64,000 nucleotides of DNA from Aquabacterium sp. (GTDB lineage Bacteria; Pseudomonadota; Gammaproteobacteria; Burkholderiales; Burkholderiaceae_C). A model generated the notes under the pieces. The model was not told the DNA's origin, searched no databases, and was given only the letters and a program-made list of their open reading frames with translations. The translations under genes and the position numbers were made by a program. This document shows positions 1-9,276 of this stretch, piece after piece; the first letter of the stretch is position 1; each line of letters starts with the position of its first letter. The stretch covers positions 1,877-65,876 of the forward strand of contig NZ_DASUIS010000150.1 in assembly GCF_036279675.1 (NCBI RefSeq), given 5' to 3'.

Positions 1-1318
1 TCTGGGCGGTGGTGGACATGTCGAGCAAGGTGCGCATCACGGTCGCATCCTTGTTCTTGATGTTGACGCCGCCCACCTGATCGGATGAGTTTTCCTTTTG
101 CGCCATCCAGCGCGCTGCGGCACTCGACGCACCGGTTTCGGACAGTGCGAACACCGATGCGCCACGCGCCTGCGGGTTCATGAAGGCATCGGCGTGGATG
201 GACACGAACAGATCGGCCTGCACACGGCGGGCCTTGATCACACGCTCGTGCAAGGGCACGAAGTAGTCAGACTCCCGCGTCAGCATGGCGCGCATGCCAG
301 GTTGGGCGTTGATCAGGGCGCGCAGCTTGTGCGCCACCTTGAGCACCACTTCCTTTTCATACAGGCCGCTGGGGCCGACCGCGCCGGGGTCTTCGCCGCC
401 ATGACCTGCATCCAGGGCGACGACGACCAGCCGTTGGGCGCCAGCCTTGGCGTTGCCAAGCAGGGCGTTGTCGTTGTCGATGCTGGCTTTGTCCGCCGTG
501 CGGTCGCTGCTCCGGTCTCCGCTCTTGTCCTGCGGCTTGTCGCCAGGACGTCCTGGCTGCGCTTTGGCCACCGCCTTGTCTGAGGGGGCAGCAGGTCGCT
601 TGAGGCCACCAATGAAGTCGCCCAGGGCATCGTTCATGGCGTCGGCGGCCTGGTCGGACTGTTGATTGGGCAGGGCGGGGCGTGCGATGCCGGGCGCGGC
701 GGGCGTCGTGGGCGCAGAGATGAAGGCGCCGGGGCTGCCGCCACTGGCCGGCAGGGCAGAAGCGCTGGCCGCCTTGGCGCCGTCGCTGGCCGATGAGGCG
801 CCAGGTGTGGCGGGCGTTGGTGCCGCCGAGGCAGAAGGGGCGCCAGGCTGCGCCTGCAAGGACATGCGCGGATCGGGCGCATGCGTGGGGTACAGGTCAA
901 ACACCAGGCGGTGCTGGTAGGCGGCCACGGGTGGCAGGCCGAATACCTGCGGTTTGATGGCCTGCTTGAGATCCAGCACGAGGCGCGCCACCTTGGGTCG
1001 GTTCTGGCCAACCCGCACGCCGGCGATGAAGGGGTCGTCGGAGCGCACCTTGCTGACGATGTCACGCAGTTGGGCGCTCAACTCCAGCCCTTCGATGTCG
1101 ATCACCAGCCGCGTCGGGTTGGACACGGCGAAGAAGGTGGCATTGAGTGGCACATCGGATTCCAGCGTGACCCGCGTGTAGTCCGCTGCCGGCCACACGC
1201 GCACGGCCACCAGTTGGGCGCCAAAAGCCAGTTCCTTGGGCCCCAGCACCATGATCAGGGTGCCGCCCAGCGCCTGCTTGAGCAGTTGTCGACGGTGAGA
1301 CTGGTGCTGCTTATCCAT
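1..1318 (-). CDS. amiC: N-acetylmuramoyl-L-alanine amidase, AmiC-like (C-terminus cut by window edge)
   Basis: The frame stays open to base 1, so it is absent from the ORF track. Own translation from ATG at 1318-1316 gives MDKQHQSHRRQLLKQALGGTLIMV (twin-Arg type signal), an AMIN-like VRVWPAADYTRVTLES..LVIDIEG, a Pro/Ala/Ser linker, and an Amidase_3 core VVALDAGHGGEDPGAVG..DLFVSIHADAF..KENSSD. The ATG overlaps the tsaE stop (ATGGATAA). Confidence 0.85.
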   Translation of the reverse strand, partial: MDKQHQSHRRQLLKQALGGTLIMVLGPKELAFGAQLVAVRVWPAADYTRVTLESDVPLNATFFAVSNPTRLVIDIEGLELSAQLRDIVSKVRSDDPFIAGVRVGQNRPKVARLVLDLKQAIKPQVFGLPPVAAYQHRLVFDLYPTHAPDPRMSLQAQPGAPSASAAPTPATPGASSASDGAKAASASALPASGGSPGAFISAPTTPAAPGIARPALPNQQSDQAADAMNDALGDFIGGLKRPAAPSDKAVAKAQPGRPGDKPQDKSGDRSSDRTADKASIDNDNALLGNAKAGAQRLVVVALDAGHGGEDPGAVGPSGLYEKEVVLKVAHKLRALINAQPGMRAMLTRESDYFVPLHERVIKARRVQADLFVSIHADAFMNPQARGASVFALSETGASSAAARWMAQKENSSDQVGGVNIKNKDATVMRTLLDMSTTAQ

Positions 1319-1862
1319 GGCTCAGCGCGCCCAGGGCGTGTTGTCCAACCGGGCTGGCCGCTTCGATGCGCACGTTGCGGCATTCACCCTCATCCAACCG
1401 AGGTGGGGGCTGAATGTGGATCTGCAAGTCGGCGCGGGGCAAGAGGCCTTCTGCCTTCTCTGGCCATTCAGCCAGCTTCAGGCCTGGTGCGGCGAAGATG
1501 TCGCGAAAGCCGGCGTCTTCCCACTCCTGCGGGTCGTTGAAGCGGTAGAAATCGAAGTGGTGGATGGCCATGCCGGGCACGTCGTGGGGCTCGACCACCG
1601 CATAACTGGGGCTCTTGATGCGGCCCTGTACGCCCAGCGCCCGCAGCAGGTGGCGGGTGAAGGTGGTTTTGCCTGCACCCAGGGTGCCATGCAGTTCGAT
1701 GTAGGCGGAATGCCCGGCCAGCAGCCCAGGTTGCAGCGCTTGTGCCAGTTCGGCAGCCATGGCTGCACATGCGGCCTCATCTTGCCAGATGAAGTCGCGC
1801 ACCATCGCCGGTACCTTGGCGTTGGGGGCTTGCGGGCTTGCTACGATCGTCACATGCGTCAT
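1311..1862 (-). CDS. tsaE: tRNA t6A biosynthesis ATPase TsaE
   Basis: 183-aa ORF with P-loop HGTLGAGKTTFTRHLLRALGV and the SPSYAVVEPH / HHFDFYR motifs typical of TsaE/YjeE. It forms the classic tsaE-amiC tandem. The true start may be the internal Met at 1805 (MVRDFIW). Confidence 0.9.
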   Translation of the reverse strand: MTHVTIVASPQAPNAKVPAMVRDFIWQDEAACAAMAAELAQALQPGLLAGHSAYIELHGTLGAGKTTFTRHLLRALGVQGRIKSPSYAVVEPHDVPGMAIHHFDFYRFNDPQEWEDAGFRDIFAAPGLKLAEWPEKAEGLLPRADLQIHIQPPPRLDEGECRNVRIEAASPVGQHALGALSHG

Positions 1863-1955
1863 GTACTTCAGTCACCTCATTCGGACACTCATCCGGGCCT
1901 TGTTCCGGATGCCTGTCCGGGGGAATCGGGCCGGACGGCCGACCTCGCTCAGGTC

Positions 1956-3047
1956 ATGGCGAGCTTGCGCCAATGGGCGACAGAACTGGGATTTTCTCAG
2001 ATTGGCGTAGCTGATGTCGACTTGTCAAGTGCCGAGGCCCCTTTGTTGGACTGGCTGGCGCGTGGTTTCCACGGGGAAATGCACTACATGGCCAGCCATG
2101 GGCTCAAGCGGGCCAGGCCTGCAGAGCTCGTCCCAGGGACGCTCAAGGTCATCACGGCACGCATGGATTATCTGCCTTCGAGCTCGCCAGAATCAAATGG
2201 CGAGTGGCAGCGTATCGAGTGGGATCGGCTTAATCAGCCCTCAGCCGCCGCGGTGTCGATGTATGCACGGGGACGGGACTATCACAAGGTGCTGCGCAAC
2301 CGCCTGCAAAAACTGGCGGACAAGCTGGCCGAGCTGATCGGCCCGTTCGGTCACCGCGTGTTCACCGATTCAGCGCCCGTGCTGGAGGTTGAACTGGCCA
2401 GCCGAAGTGGTCTGGGTTGGCGTGGCAAACACACCTTGCTGTTGTCACGCGAGGCAGGCTCCACTTTCTTTCTGGGCGAGATCTTTGTCGACATCGACCT
2501 GCCGGTGACCGAGCCGGAGTCGGCGCATTGCGGATCCTGTCAGGCGTGCATGGATGTCTGCCCCACACAGGCCATCGTTGGCGAGCGACTGGTGGATGCC
2601 CGTCGCTGCATTTCCTATCTCACGATCGAGCAGAGCGGACCCATCCCTGTGGCGCTGCGCCCCTTGATCGGCAATCGCATCTATGGATGCGACGATTGCC
2701 AGCTGGCCTGCCCCTGGAACAAGTTCGCGCGCCGAGCCACCGTGCCCGACTTCGATGTGCGCTCAGCCTTGGCCAACCCCACACTCCTGCAGCTTTGGGG
2801 CTGGGATGAGGCCACCTTCCTGCGCCTGACGGAAGGCAGCCCGATCAGGCGGATCGGTTACGCCAGCTGGCAGCGCAATATCGCCGTGGCATTGGGTAAT
2901 GCCTTGAGGGCCGAGCAGGACGCGGCGTCCCGGACGGCCATGCACAGTGCCTTGTCTGGCTGGTTGGCGCAGCCTCCCGCCGGGACGGATGTGGCACTGG
3001 TTGGGGAACATGTTCGGTGGGCCCTGGCGCAGGTTTCGACCGATTGA
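1956..3047 (+). CDS. queG: epoxyqueuosine reductase
   Basis: Last 363 aa of track ORF 1317..3047: MASLRQWATELGFSQIGVADVDL..GFHGEMHYMASHG, with two 4Fe-4S Cys clusters (CGSCQACMDVCP, CDDCQLACPWN). The upstream part of that ORF is antisense to tsaE and not protein-like, so the start is set to ATG 1956. A non-ATG start slightly upstream cannot be excluded. Confidence 0.85.
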   Translation: MASLRQWATELGFSQIGVADVDLSSAEAPLLDWLARGFHGEMHYMASHGLKRARPAELVPGTLKVITARMDYLPSSSPESNGEWQRIEWDRLNQPSAAAVSMYARGRDYHKVLRNRLQKLADKLAELIGPFGHRVFTDSAPVLEVELASRSGLGWRGKHTLLLSREAGSTFFLGEIFVDIDLPVTEPESAHCGSCQACMDVCPTQAIVGERLVDARRCISYLTIEQSGPIPVALRPLIGNRIYGCDDCQLACPWNKFARRATVPDFDVRSALANPTLLQLWGWDEATFLRLTEGSPIRRIGYASWQRNIAVALGNALRAEQDAASRTAMHSALSGWLAQPPAGTDVALVGEHVRWALAQVSTD

Positions 3048-3228
3048 TTCGCCTTGCGCCGATATGACGTGCGCACTGCATGGCGTTGTTGCCAGGGTGT
3101 CCGAAGTCACGTGGCAGAACGAACGGTTTGACCTATAAAGCCGAAGTTCATTTTCAGGCTAGTGCGCGCGGGGGCTGATGTCTCAGGCGCGTGCAGCGAT
3201 GCCAAACCCTTTCCAAGGAGGCCTTGCC

Positions 3229-3693
3229 ATGGGCTACAGGGACGATTTCTATTGCGCGGACAACATCCTGGGCTACACGGGTGACATCTCCAAGCCCACG
3301 ACGGTGACGGTGTATTTCGCGGATGCGGGCGGCGTGAACCCCAAGCTGCAGACTGTCAATGGCGTGCAAAAAGTGGTGGTGAGCTTTGGCCACATTACCC
3401 AGGTGCACGATATTGCGGCCAACGTCGGGCGGGAGAAGGTTCGCGAGGCCTATTCGTATTCCATCTGCAATGTGATGTACGAGGGCAAGGAGTGCGCGCA
3501 GGAGTGCGTCTATGGCGAGCAGGAACTAAACAAGATCGGCCTGAGAGGGTATGAAACGGAGCAAGGCAAGTCGCGAGATGAACAGCATCTGGACTGGCAC
3601 ATCAGCCGCAATCGCTTCGAATCCGTCTCCGCCGGCAATCGCGCCATTCTGACCGCCGCGATTGGCCGCTGCCCCGACAAGAAAAAGCTGTGA
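3229..3693 (+). CDS. hypothetical protein (154 aa), no domain recognised
   Basis: Track ORF 3178..3693, with the start moved to ATG 3229, which follows AAGGAGG (3215-3221) at 7-nt spacing. The product begins MGYRDDFYCADNILGYTGDISKPTTVTVYF and contains GHITQVHD. It looks soluble, has 5 Cys and ends in a KKKL tail. Local GC is ~53% by hand count in 3421-3480, well below the neighbours. Confidence 0.6.
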   Translation: MGYRDDFYCADNILGYTGDISKPTTVTVYFADAGGVNPKLQTVNGVQKVVVSFGHITQVHDIAANVGREKVREAYSYSICNVMYEGKECAQECVYGEQELNKIGLRGYETEQGKSRDEQHLDWHISRNRFESVSAGNRAILTAAIGRCPDKKKL

Positions 3694-3726
3694 GCCCTTT
3701 GGGTGGTTTGCGCACCCTGGCGGGCT

Positions 3727-5046
3727 TCAGGGTGTCTGCAGCAACTGCTTGAGCAAATCCGGGGTGGGGTAGCCGTCTGCGGGCAAGGCCAGACTGCGTT
3801 GAAACTGCTGTAGTGCGCGGCGTGTAGCCGGCCCCATCTGGCCATCCGGCTTGCCACTGTCGAAGCCGCGCTGGTTCAGTGCGTTTTGCATGGCCAGCGT
3901 CTCGCTGCGCGTGAGTGGTCGAAGGTCTTTTGGCCAGGGCGCTTGAACACCCGGGCCGCCGGCGATGCGTTGTGCCAGCAGGCAAACCGTCAGGGCATAG
4001 CTGGTCGCGTTGTTGTAGCGCAGCACGGCCCTGTAGTTGCGCCCGACGATGAAGGCCGGGCCACGCGCGCCAGCGGGTTGCAGGATGGATGCGTCGGCCA
4101 GGTCTGGCAGCGGGGTGTTGTCCATGGCGCGCACGCCTTCTGCAGCCCACTGCGCTGAAGGTTGTCGCACTTGTGGATCTGCACGTGAAGGATCGAAGTC
4201 CGCAGGCAGTTGAACCTCCGTGCCCCAAGCCTCCTGCGCGCGCCAGCCCGAACGAGCAAGGAAGTGGGCGGTGGACGAGAGCACGTCGGCCATGCTGCCC
4301 CAGATGTCGCGTCGCCCATCGCCATCGGCATCAACGGCATAGGCCAGGTAGGACGAGGGCATGAACTGCGTTTGCCCCATGGCGCCGGCCCAGGAACCCA
4401 CCATGCGCTCGCGGTCGATGTCCCCGCGTTGAAGGATCCTGAGGGCGGCCAGCAGTTCGCTTTTGGCCCAGGCCTCACGTCGGCCCTCGAATCCCAGGGT
4501 GGCCAGGGCGTCAAAGACCGGCACGTCGCCGTAGTTGCTGCCGTAGTTGCTCTCCAGCCCCCATACGGCCATCAGGATCGGCGCAGGCACGCCATAACGC
4601 GTGCTGGCCGCGTCTGCCTCGGCCTGAAATTGGGCCAGCTTCTGCTGCCCCTGTGCAATGCGTTGAGTCGAGACGATGGCCTCGATGTAGTCCCACAAGG
4701 GCCGGGTGAACTCTGGCTGGGCACGGTCCAGCTCCACTGCTCGTGATCGCAAGTGCACACCGTCCAGCGCGGCGTGCAAGGTGGCGTCATCGATGCCGGC
4801 CGCACGAGCTGTATCACGAAAGTTCGCCAGCCACAACGCAAAGCGCTCATCGACGGTTCCCTCAGCGAGCTTGCCTTCGGTCTCCTGAACGGGCGAGGGA
4901 CCAGTCACCGATGGCGCGCTGGGGCCGGGTGCCTGTGGCACCGTTGGCCTGGTGGTGGGCCCGGATGCGCACCCTGACAGCACGGCAATCACCAGTGCAG
5001 TTGAGGCAAGCAGCGTGCGAGGGCATGGAAGGGGCCTTTGTGGCAT
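3727..5046 (-). CDS. lytic murein transglycosylase (MltB/SLT_2 type) lipoprotein with C-terminal peptidoglycan-binding domain
   Basis: Track ORF 3727..5163, with the start set to Met at 5046 giving MPQRPLPCPRTLLASTALVIAVLSGC (lipobox). Core motifs are WGLESNYG and GSWAGAMGQTQFMPSSYL. The C-terminus has a PG_binding_1-like LQNALNQRGFDSGKPDGQMGPATRRALQQFQ. Confidence 0.85.
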   Translation of the reverse strand: MPQRPLPCPRTLLASTALVIAVLSGCASGPTTRPTVPQAPGPSAPSVTGPSPVQETEGKLAEGTVDERFALWLANFRDTARAAGIDDATLHAALDGVHLRSRAVELDRAQPEFTRPLWDYIEAIVSTQRIAQGQQKLAQFQAEADAASTRYGVPAPILMAVWGLESNYGSNYGDVPVFDALATLGFEGRREAWAKSELLAALRILQRGDIDRERMVGSWAGAMGQTQFMPSSYLAYAVDADGDGRRDIWGSMADVLSSTAHFLARSGWRAQEAWGTEVQLPADFDPSRADPQVRQPSAQWAAEGVRAMDNTPLPDLADASILQPAGARGPAFIVGRNYRAVLRYNNATSYALTVCLLAQRIAGGPGVQAPWPKDLRPLTRSETLAMQNALNQRGFDSGKPDGQMGPATRRALQQFQRSLALPADGYPTPDLLKQLLQTP

Positions 5047-5194
5047 GGGCGAGCGAAGAAAGTGGCAATGCAAGAGTTGTTCAGCATGCCACACGAGGGC
5101 ATCGCCCGAGTTTCTGTCGATATGTTGACGTGGTGGCTGTTTATTTGGCCTCGCGCGTGCCATGCTCCACCATTCAACTCAGCGAGAGCTTGCC

Positions 5195-5455
5195 ATGTCC
5201 TTCGAACCCTATTTCCACGACGCATCGGCCACGGTGCGTTTTTGGGTGCCATCGGGGGAGTCGGGCATCGGCGCCATGATCGGCAGCGAGATACTCACGT
5301 ATTGCTTCCGCGGCAGAGGCGATGAGGGCGAGCCCATGAAGGTATACGCCGCGCACCGCGACCAGATCCATGCCGCGGTACTGAAGCGTATGGCCGCTGG
5401 TGCCCGGGAGCCTGTGATCCTGAAGCGCCACGATCTGGGTATCTTGGGTTCATGA
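5195..5455 (+). CDS. small hypothetical protein, possibly DUF1488-like
   Basis: 86-aa product from ATG 5195 (MSFEPYFHDASATVRFWVPSGESGIGAMIGSEILTYCF..). Its size and pattern are reminiscent of DUF1488 proteins, but that assignment is from memory only. Confidence 0.45.
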   Translation: MSFEPYFHDASATVRFWVPSGESGIGAMIGSEILTYCFRGRGDEGEPMKVYAAHRDQIHAAVLKRMAAGAREPVILKRHDLGILGS

Positions 5456-5498
5456 TGGACGGTCGGTCCGACCGCCATCGACCCGGGCGAGCAGAAGA

Positions 5499-6476
5499 TC
5501 AGCCGTTGACGAGCACGACCTTGCCTCGCACCTGACGAGAGCCCATCAAGGCAAACGCTTCCTTCAGTTGCGACATGGGCAGCTTGTGCTCGATCACCGG
5601 CTTGATCTTGCCTTCCATGTACCAGGCCGCCAGTTGCATCAGGCAGCCCGCGTTGTTCTGCGGTTCGCGTTTGGCGAATTCACCCCAGAAGACGCCCATC
5701 ACCGAGGCGCCCTTGAGCAGTGGCAGGTTCAAGGGCAGCGAGGGGATCGGGCCGTTGGCAAAGCCGATGACCAGGTGGCGACCACGCCAGGCGATGGAGC
5801 GGAAGGCTTGTTCGGTCAGGTCGCCGCCGACCGGGTCATAGACGACGTCGGGGCCCTTGCCTTCGGTGATGACCTTGAGCTCGTCGCGCAGGTTCTGGCT
5901 GACGTAGTTGATGGTGGCGTCCGCTCCCAATTCCTTGCACAAGGCGCACTTCTCGTCTGTTGATGCGGCTGCAATCACCTTGGCGCCGGCCGCCTTGGCG
6001 ATCTGGATGGCCGCTGTGCCCACACCCCCGGCGGCACCCAGTACCAGCACGGTTTCGCCGGCCTTGAGTGCTGCGCGGTCCATCAGGCCGTGATAGGTGG
6101 TGCCGTACGTACACAGGAAGGCCGCCGCATCTTCAAACGAGAAGACCGGTGGCAAGGGCATCAACATGGCAGCTGGTGCCACGGTGTGCGTGCCAAAGCC
6201 ACCCGTGCCCGCAAAACCGGCGACATGGGTGCCCACAGCCAGGTGCTTGACGCCTTCACCGACCGCCTCGACCACGCCGGCGAACTCGGCGCCAGGCACG
6301 AAGGGCAGCGGAGGGCGCATCTGGTACTTGCCCTGCACGATCAGCAGATCGGGGAAGTTCAGGCTGGCCGCCTTGATGGCGATGCGGACTTCGCCTTTGC
6401 CGGGCTCGGGTGTGGGGCTTTCCTGCCAGGTCAGGGCATCGGGGCCGCTCAATTCGGTACAGGTCCAGGCTTGCAT
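5499..6476 (-). CDS. NADPH:quinone oxidoreductase (MDR / zeta-crystallin family)
   Basis: 325 aa from Met at 6476 (MQAWTCTELSGPDALTWQESP). Nucleotide site VLVLGAAGGVGTAAIQIAKAAGAKVIA and C-terminal GSRQVRGKVVL are typical of Qor-like MDR enzymes. Confidence 0.85.
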   Translation of the reverse strand: MQAWTCTELSGPDALTWQESPTPEPGKGEVRIAIKAASLNFPDLLIVQGKYQMRPPLPFVPGAEFAGVVEAVGEGVKHLAVGTHVAGFAGTGGFGTHTVAPAAMLMPLPPVFSFEDAAAFLCTYGTTYHGLMDRAALKAGETVLVLGAAGGVGTAAIQIAKAAGAKVIAAASTDEKCALCKELGADATINYVSQNLRDELKVITEGKGPDVVYDPVGGDLTEQAFRSIAWRGRHLVIGFANGPIPSLPLNLPLLKGASVMGVFWGEFAKREPQNNAGCLMQLAAWYMEGKIKPVIEHKLPMSQLKEAFALMGSRQVRGKVVLVNG

Positions 6477-6529
6477 GGTGTTGTCTCCGTGATGGTGTTG
6501 GTCTGGCTTGATGGAGTTGTGCCGAGTCG

Positions 6530-7426
6530 TCAGACGGCATCCTTGGCAAAGGTGTTGCACTGGCGCATGTCGCCGGATTCCATCCCGCGCTTGAACCAGG
6601 TCATGCGTTGCTGGCTGGTGCCGTGGGTGAAGCTCTCAGGCGAGACATGGCCGCTGGCGTTGCGCTGCAAGGTGTCGTCGCCGATCTGGGCTGCGGCGTT
6701 CATGGCTTCTTCCACATCGCCAGCTTCGATGATCTGGCGCGCCTGTTGTGCATGGTTGGCCCACACGCCGGCATAGCAGTCTGCCTGCAGTTCCAGCCGC
6801 ACGCTCAGGGCGTTGTATTGCGTCTTGCTCAGGCGATGGCGCATTTCGTCGACCTTGGCCGAGGTGCCCAGCAGATTCTGCACGTGGTGGCCCACCTCGT
6901 GGGCGATCACATAGGCTTGTGCGAAATCGCCCGGTGCGCCCAGACGGTCACGCAGCACGTCGTAAAAGCCCAGATCGATGTAGACCTTCTGATCACCCGG
7001 GCAGTAGAACGGGCCGGTGGCCGACTGGCCCTGGCCGCAGGCGGTGGGTACCGAACCCCTGAACAGCACGAGCCTGGGGTCCTGATACTGGCCGCCAGCC
7101 TGTTTGAACAGTTCGTGCCAGACGTCTTCGGTGTCAGCCAGCACCGTGCGCACGAAACGGGTTTGCTCGTCGTTGGCGGGGGCGTGAGATCTGCTGGCCG
7201 CAGGCTGGTGTGCGGGTGATGGCGCGCTCATGCCGCCACCACCGCTGAGCATGTTGAGCACGGTCAGCGGGTTCACGCCCAGAAAGTAGCTGGCAACGAG
7301 TGCAACGGCCACCGATCCCAGGCCGATGCCACGGCCCCCGAACGACATGCCCGGGCCTGCGCCACCTCCGGCGCCATCTCTGACGTCCTCGACGTTGTCG
7401 CTTTCTCTGTTGCCTTGCCAGCGCAT
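6530..7426 (-). CDS. ypfJ: neutral zinc metallopeptidase, YpfJ family
   Basis: The [18 protein letters not shown]-terminus matches the YpfJ signature start. It is followed by a Gly-rich stretch plus TM segment, [17 protein letters not shown], and the zinc motif [13 protein letters not shown]. Confidence 0.85.
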   Translation of the reverse strand: MRWQGNRESDNVEDVRDGAGGGAGPGMSFGGRGIGLGSVAVALVASYFLGVNPLTVLNMLSGGGGMSAPSPAHQPAASRSHAPANDEQTRFVRTVLADTEDVWHELFKQAGGQYQDPRLVLFRGSVPTACGQGQSATGPFYCPGDQKVYIDLGFYDVLRDRLGAPGDFAQAYVIAHEVGHHVQNLLGTSAKVDEMRHRLSKTQYNALSVRLELQADCYAGVWANHAQQARQIIEAGDVEEAMNAAAQIGDDTLQRNASGHVSPESFTHGTSQQRMTWFKRGMESGDMRQCNTFAKDAV

Positions 7427-7462
7427 GGTGTCGTCCTTCAAATGCGGCGTGCTTGCCTCGCG

Positions 7463-7516
7463 GGCATTCTAGGTCCGACATCGGAAACGGCGGGCGTTGG
7501 CGCCGCCTAGAATGCC
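7463..7516. promoter_or_regulatory. 11-bp inverted repeat carrying TAGAAT -10-like hexamers for both divergent genes
   Basis: GGCATTCTAGG (7463-7473) and CCTAGAATGCC (7506-7516) are perfect reverse complements separated by 32 nt. Each arm reads TAGAAT toward its flanking gene: ypfJ on the minus strand, GT39 on the plus strand. Confidence 0.3.
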
Positions 7517-7523
7517 GGGGCTT

Positions 7524-9101
7524 ATGACGACGTCCAACCTGTCCGCTTTCAAGGGGTTTCCGCCCGAGCACGCTACCGATGTGCGCATGCCCCGCAACTG
7601 GCTGTGGCTGGTGGCGATCGGTTCACTGGCCTGGCGCCTGTGGGTGTCGGCCGCCTTGCCCTTGACGGGTGATGAAGCCTTGTTTTATTGGTGGGCGCGC
7701 TTTCTGGACTATGGCTATTACGATCACCCGCCGATGGTGGCGTGGTGGATCGCTGCGGCGCGCGCGCTGTTGGGTGATGCCAGTTGGGCCGTGCGCCTGC
7801 CTGCCACCTTGCTGCCGCTGGGGGTGGGGTGGGCCATGTGGTGGGCCTGGTCGCCCATCAGCCGTGCACGCGCGGCCTGGGCCGTGCTGTTTTACTGGCT
7901 GGCGCCCGTCAACTGGCTCAATGCCCTGATTGCCACTGACTCTCCGCTCATTCTCTGGGCGGCCTGGTCTGCTGCGGCCATGGTGCGGGCCGAACATGCC
8001 GCATCTCAAGGACAAGGTGGTTGGGCCCTGTACCGCCTGTATGCCCTCAGTGGCTTGTTCATGGCGGCCGCGTTCCTGTCCAAGTACTTTGCGGTGCTGC
8101 TGGGTATCGCCTACGTGGTGTATTTCCTGCTGTTTGCGCGCCAGCGCTGGCGAGGCTTTGCCGTGATGGTGTTGTGCGCCTTGCCCGGCGCGGCCCTCAA
8201 CGTGGTCTGGAACCTGTACCACTGCTGGACCAACATCATGTTCAACCTGTTCAACCGCAACGAGGATGCGGTGGCATCGTGGGATACCGTGCTGAGCTAT
8301 GTGGGCATGATGGTCTACCTGATCAGCCCTGTGTTGCTGTGGATGGGCTGGAAGCACCGCGCCGCGCTGTTGCGAACGGTTCGTGGTCATGCCCTGTTGA
8401 GTTGTGTGGCCGTGGTGCCCTTGCTGCTCTTTGGCCTGATGTCTGCCAAGAAGGTGATCGGCCTGCATTGGGTGATGGGCTTCTACCCATTTGCCTTTGT
8501 GTTGCTGGCGCTCGCACTGCCCGATGGCCGGGCCTTGTCGTCCACAGCCAGGGGCCTGACCGTGATCCTGGTGCTGCACCTCGTGGCCTCCGTGTCGCTG
8601 TCGGTGATGGGCTTGCATCAATGGCAGCACTTCCGCTACTACCACCGTCTGGTGGAGGCCGCCCGCAGCGAGCAGATGGTGCAGCAGGTACAGGCGCCGG
8701 GCGTGGTGCTGGCTTCCAACGGGTATTCATCGGCCGCCATCTTTGGCTATGCCGCCAGGCTGCATGTGCCCGTGCTGGGCATGGGCAGCGTGCATGCGCG
8801 CCAGGACGACCTGACCGTGGATTACAGCGCGCTGGAGGGCAAGACGATCCGCGTCATGGCCACACGCGAGCCCTCTGTGGAAGACTATCGCCCGTATTTC
8901 GACCAGGTTCGTTTGCTGCGCTATGAGCAGGATGGCGCGCCCTTCTGGGCCGTGGAAGGTGTGAACTTCCACTTTGACATCTACCGTGAGGTGGTCATGG
9001 CCGAGGTCAATCGCCGCTACTACCGCTTTCCCTCCTGGTTGCCGGTCAAGGGCTGTGCCTTCTGCCAGCGTCTGTGCGGGGCGGATCGCTGTGCGCCTTG
9101 A
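7524..9101 (+). CDS. ArnT-like glycosyltransferase family 39 (polyprenyl-phosphate-sugar dependent), paralogue 1
   Basis: Polytopic membrane protein. The N-terminal WRLWVSAALPLTGDEALFYWWARFLDYGYYDHPPMVAWWIAA matches the DE..Y/PP loop of ArnT/PMT enzymes. The start is ambiguous: ATG 7524 or ATG 7587 (MPRNWLW). Confidence 0.8.
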   Translation: MTTSNLSAFKGFPPEHATDVRMPRNWLWLVAIGSLAWRLWVSAALPLTGDEALFYWWARFLDYGYYDHPPMVAWWIAAARALLGDASWAVRLPATLLPLGVGWAMWWAWSPISRARAAWAVLFYWLAPVNWLNALIATDSPLILWAAWSAAAMVRAEHAASQGQGGWALYRLYALSGLFMAAAFLSKYFAVLLGIAYVVYFLLFARQRWRGFAVMVLCALPGAALNVVWNLYHCWTNIMFNLFNRNEDAVASWDTVLSYVGMMVYLISPVLLWMGWKHRAALLRTVRGHALLSCVAVVPLLLFGLMSAKKVIGLHWVMGFYPFAFVLLALALPDGRALSSTARGLTVILVLHLVASVSLSVMGLHQWQHFRYYHRLVEAARSEQMVQQVQAPGVVLASNGYSSAAIFGYAARLHVPVLGMGSVHARQDDLTVDYSALEGKTIRVMATREPSVEDYRPYFDQVRLLRYEQDGAPFWAVEGVNFHFDIYREVVMAEVNRRYYRFPSWLPVKGCAFCQRLCGADRCAP

Positions 9102-9138
9102 TGCGCGGCGTTTGTCCTGGGCTGCATTTGTACTGGCC

Positions 9139-9176
9139 TGAGTCGCTCATGAGTCGCCGATGAGTCGGGCATGAGG
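9139..9176. repeat. 3.5 tandem copies of an 11-bp unit TGAGTCGCnnn upstream of nadB
   Basis: TGAGTCGC occurs at 9139 and 9150, TGAGTCGG at 9161, and a partial TGAGG at 9172, an exact 11-bp phasing. The array lies 100-140 nt upstream of the nadB ATG, and a TAGAAT -10-like hexamer follows at 9224-9229. Confidence 0.5.
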
Positions 9177-9276
9177 CCCTACATGTCGCTCAGGCAACCC
9201 AGGGCAGGCAGGGGCGGGGATAGAATCGCCGCTCCTGCTGTCCCCCCAAGCTGTTCATCGAGGCCCTTGGTAACCT

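Noticed and set aside
1317-1955. N-terminal 213 codons of the 576-aa queG track ORF
   Set aside because: This part is antisense to tsaE, shows no QueG similarity, and would make the divergent genes overlap massively. The QueG homology begins at about 1956.
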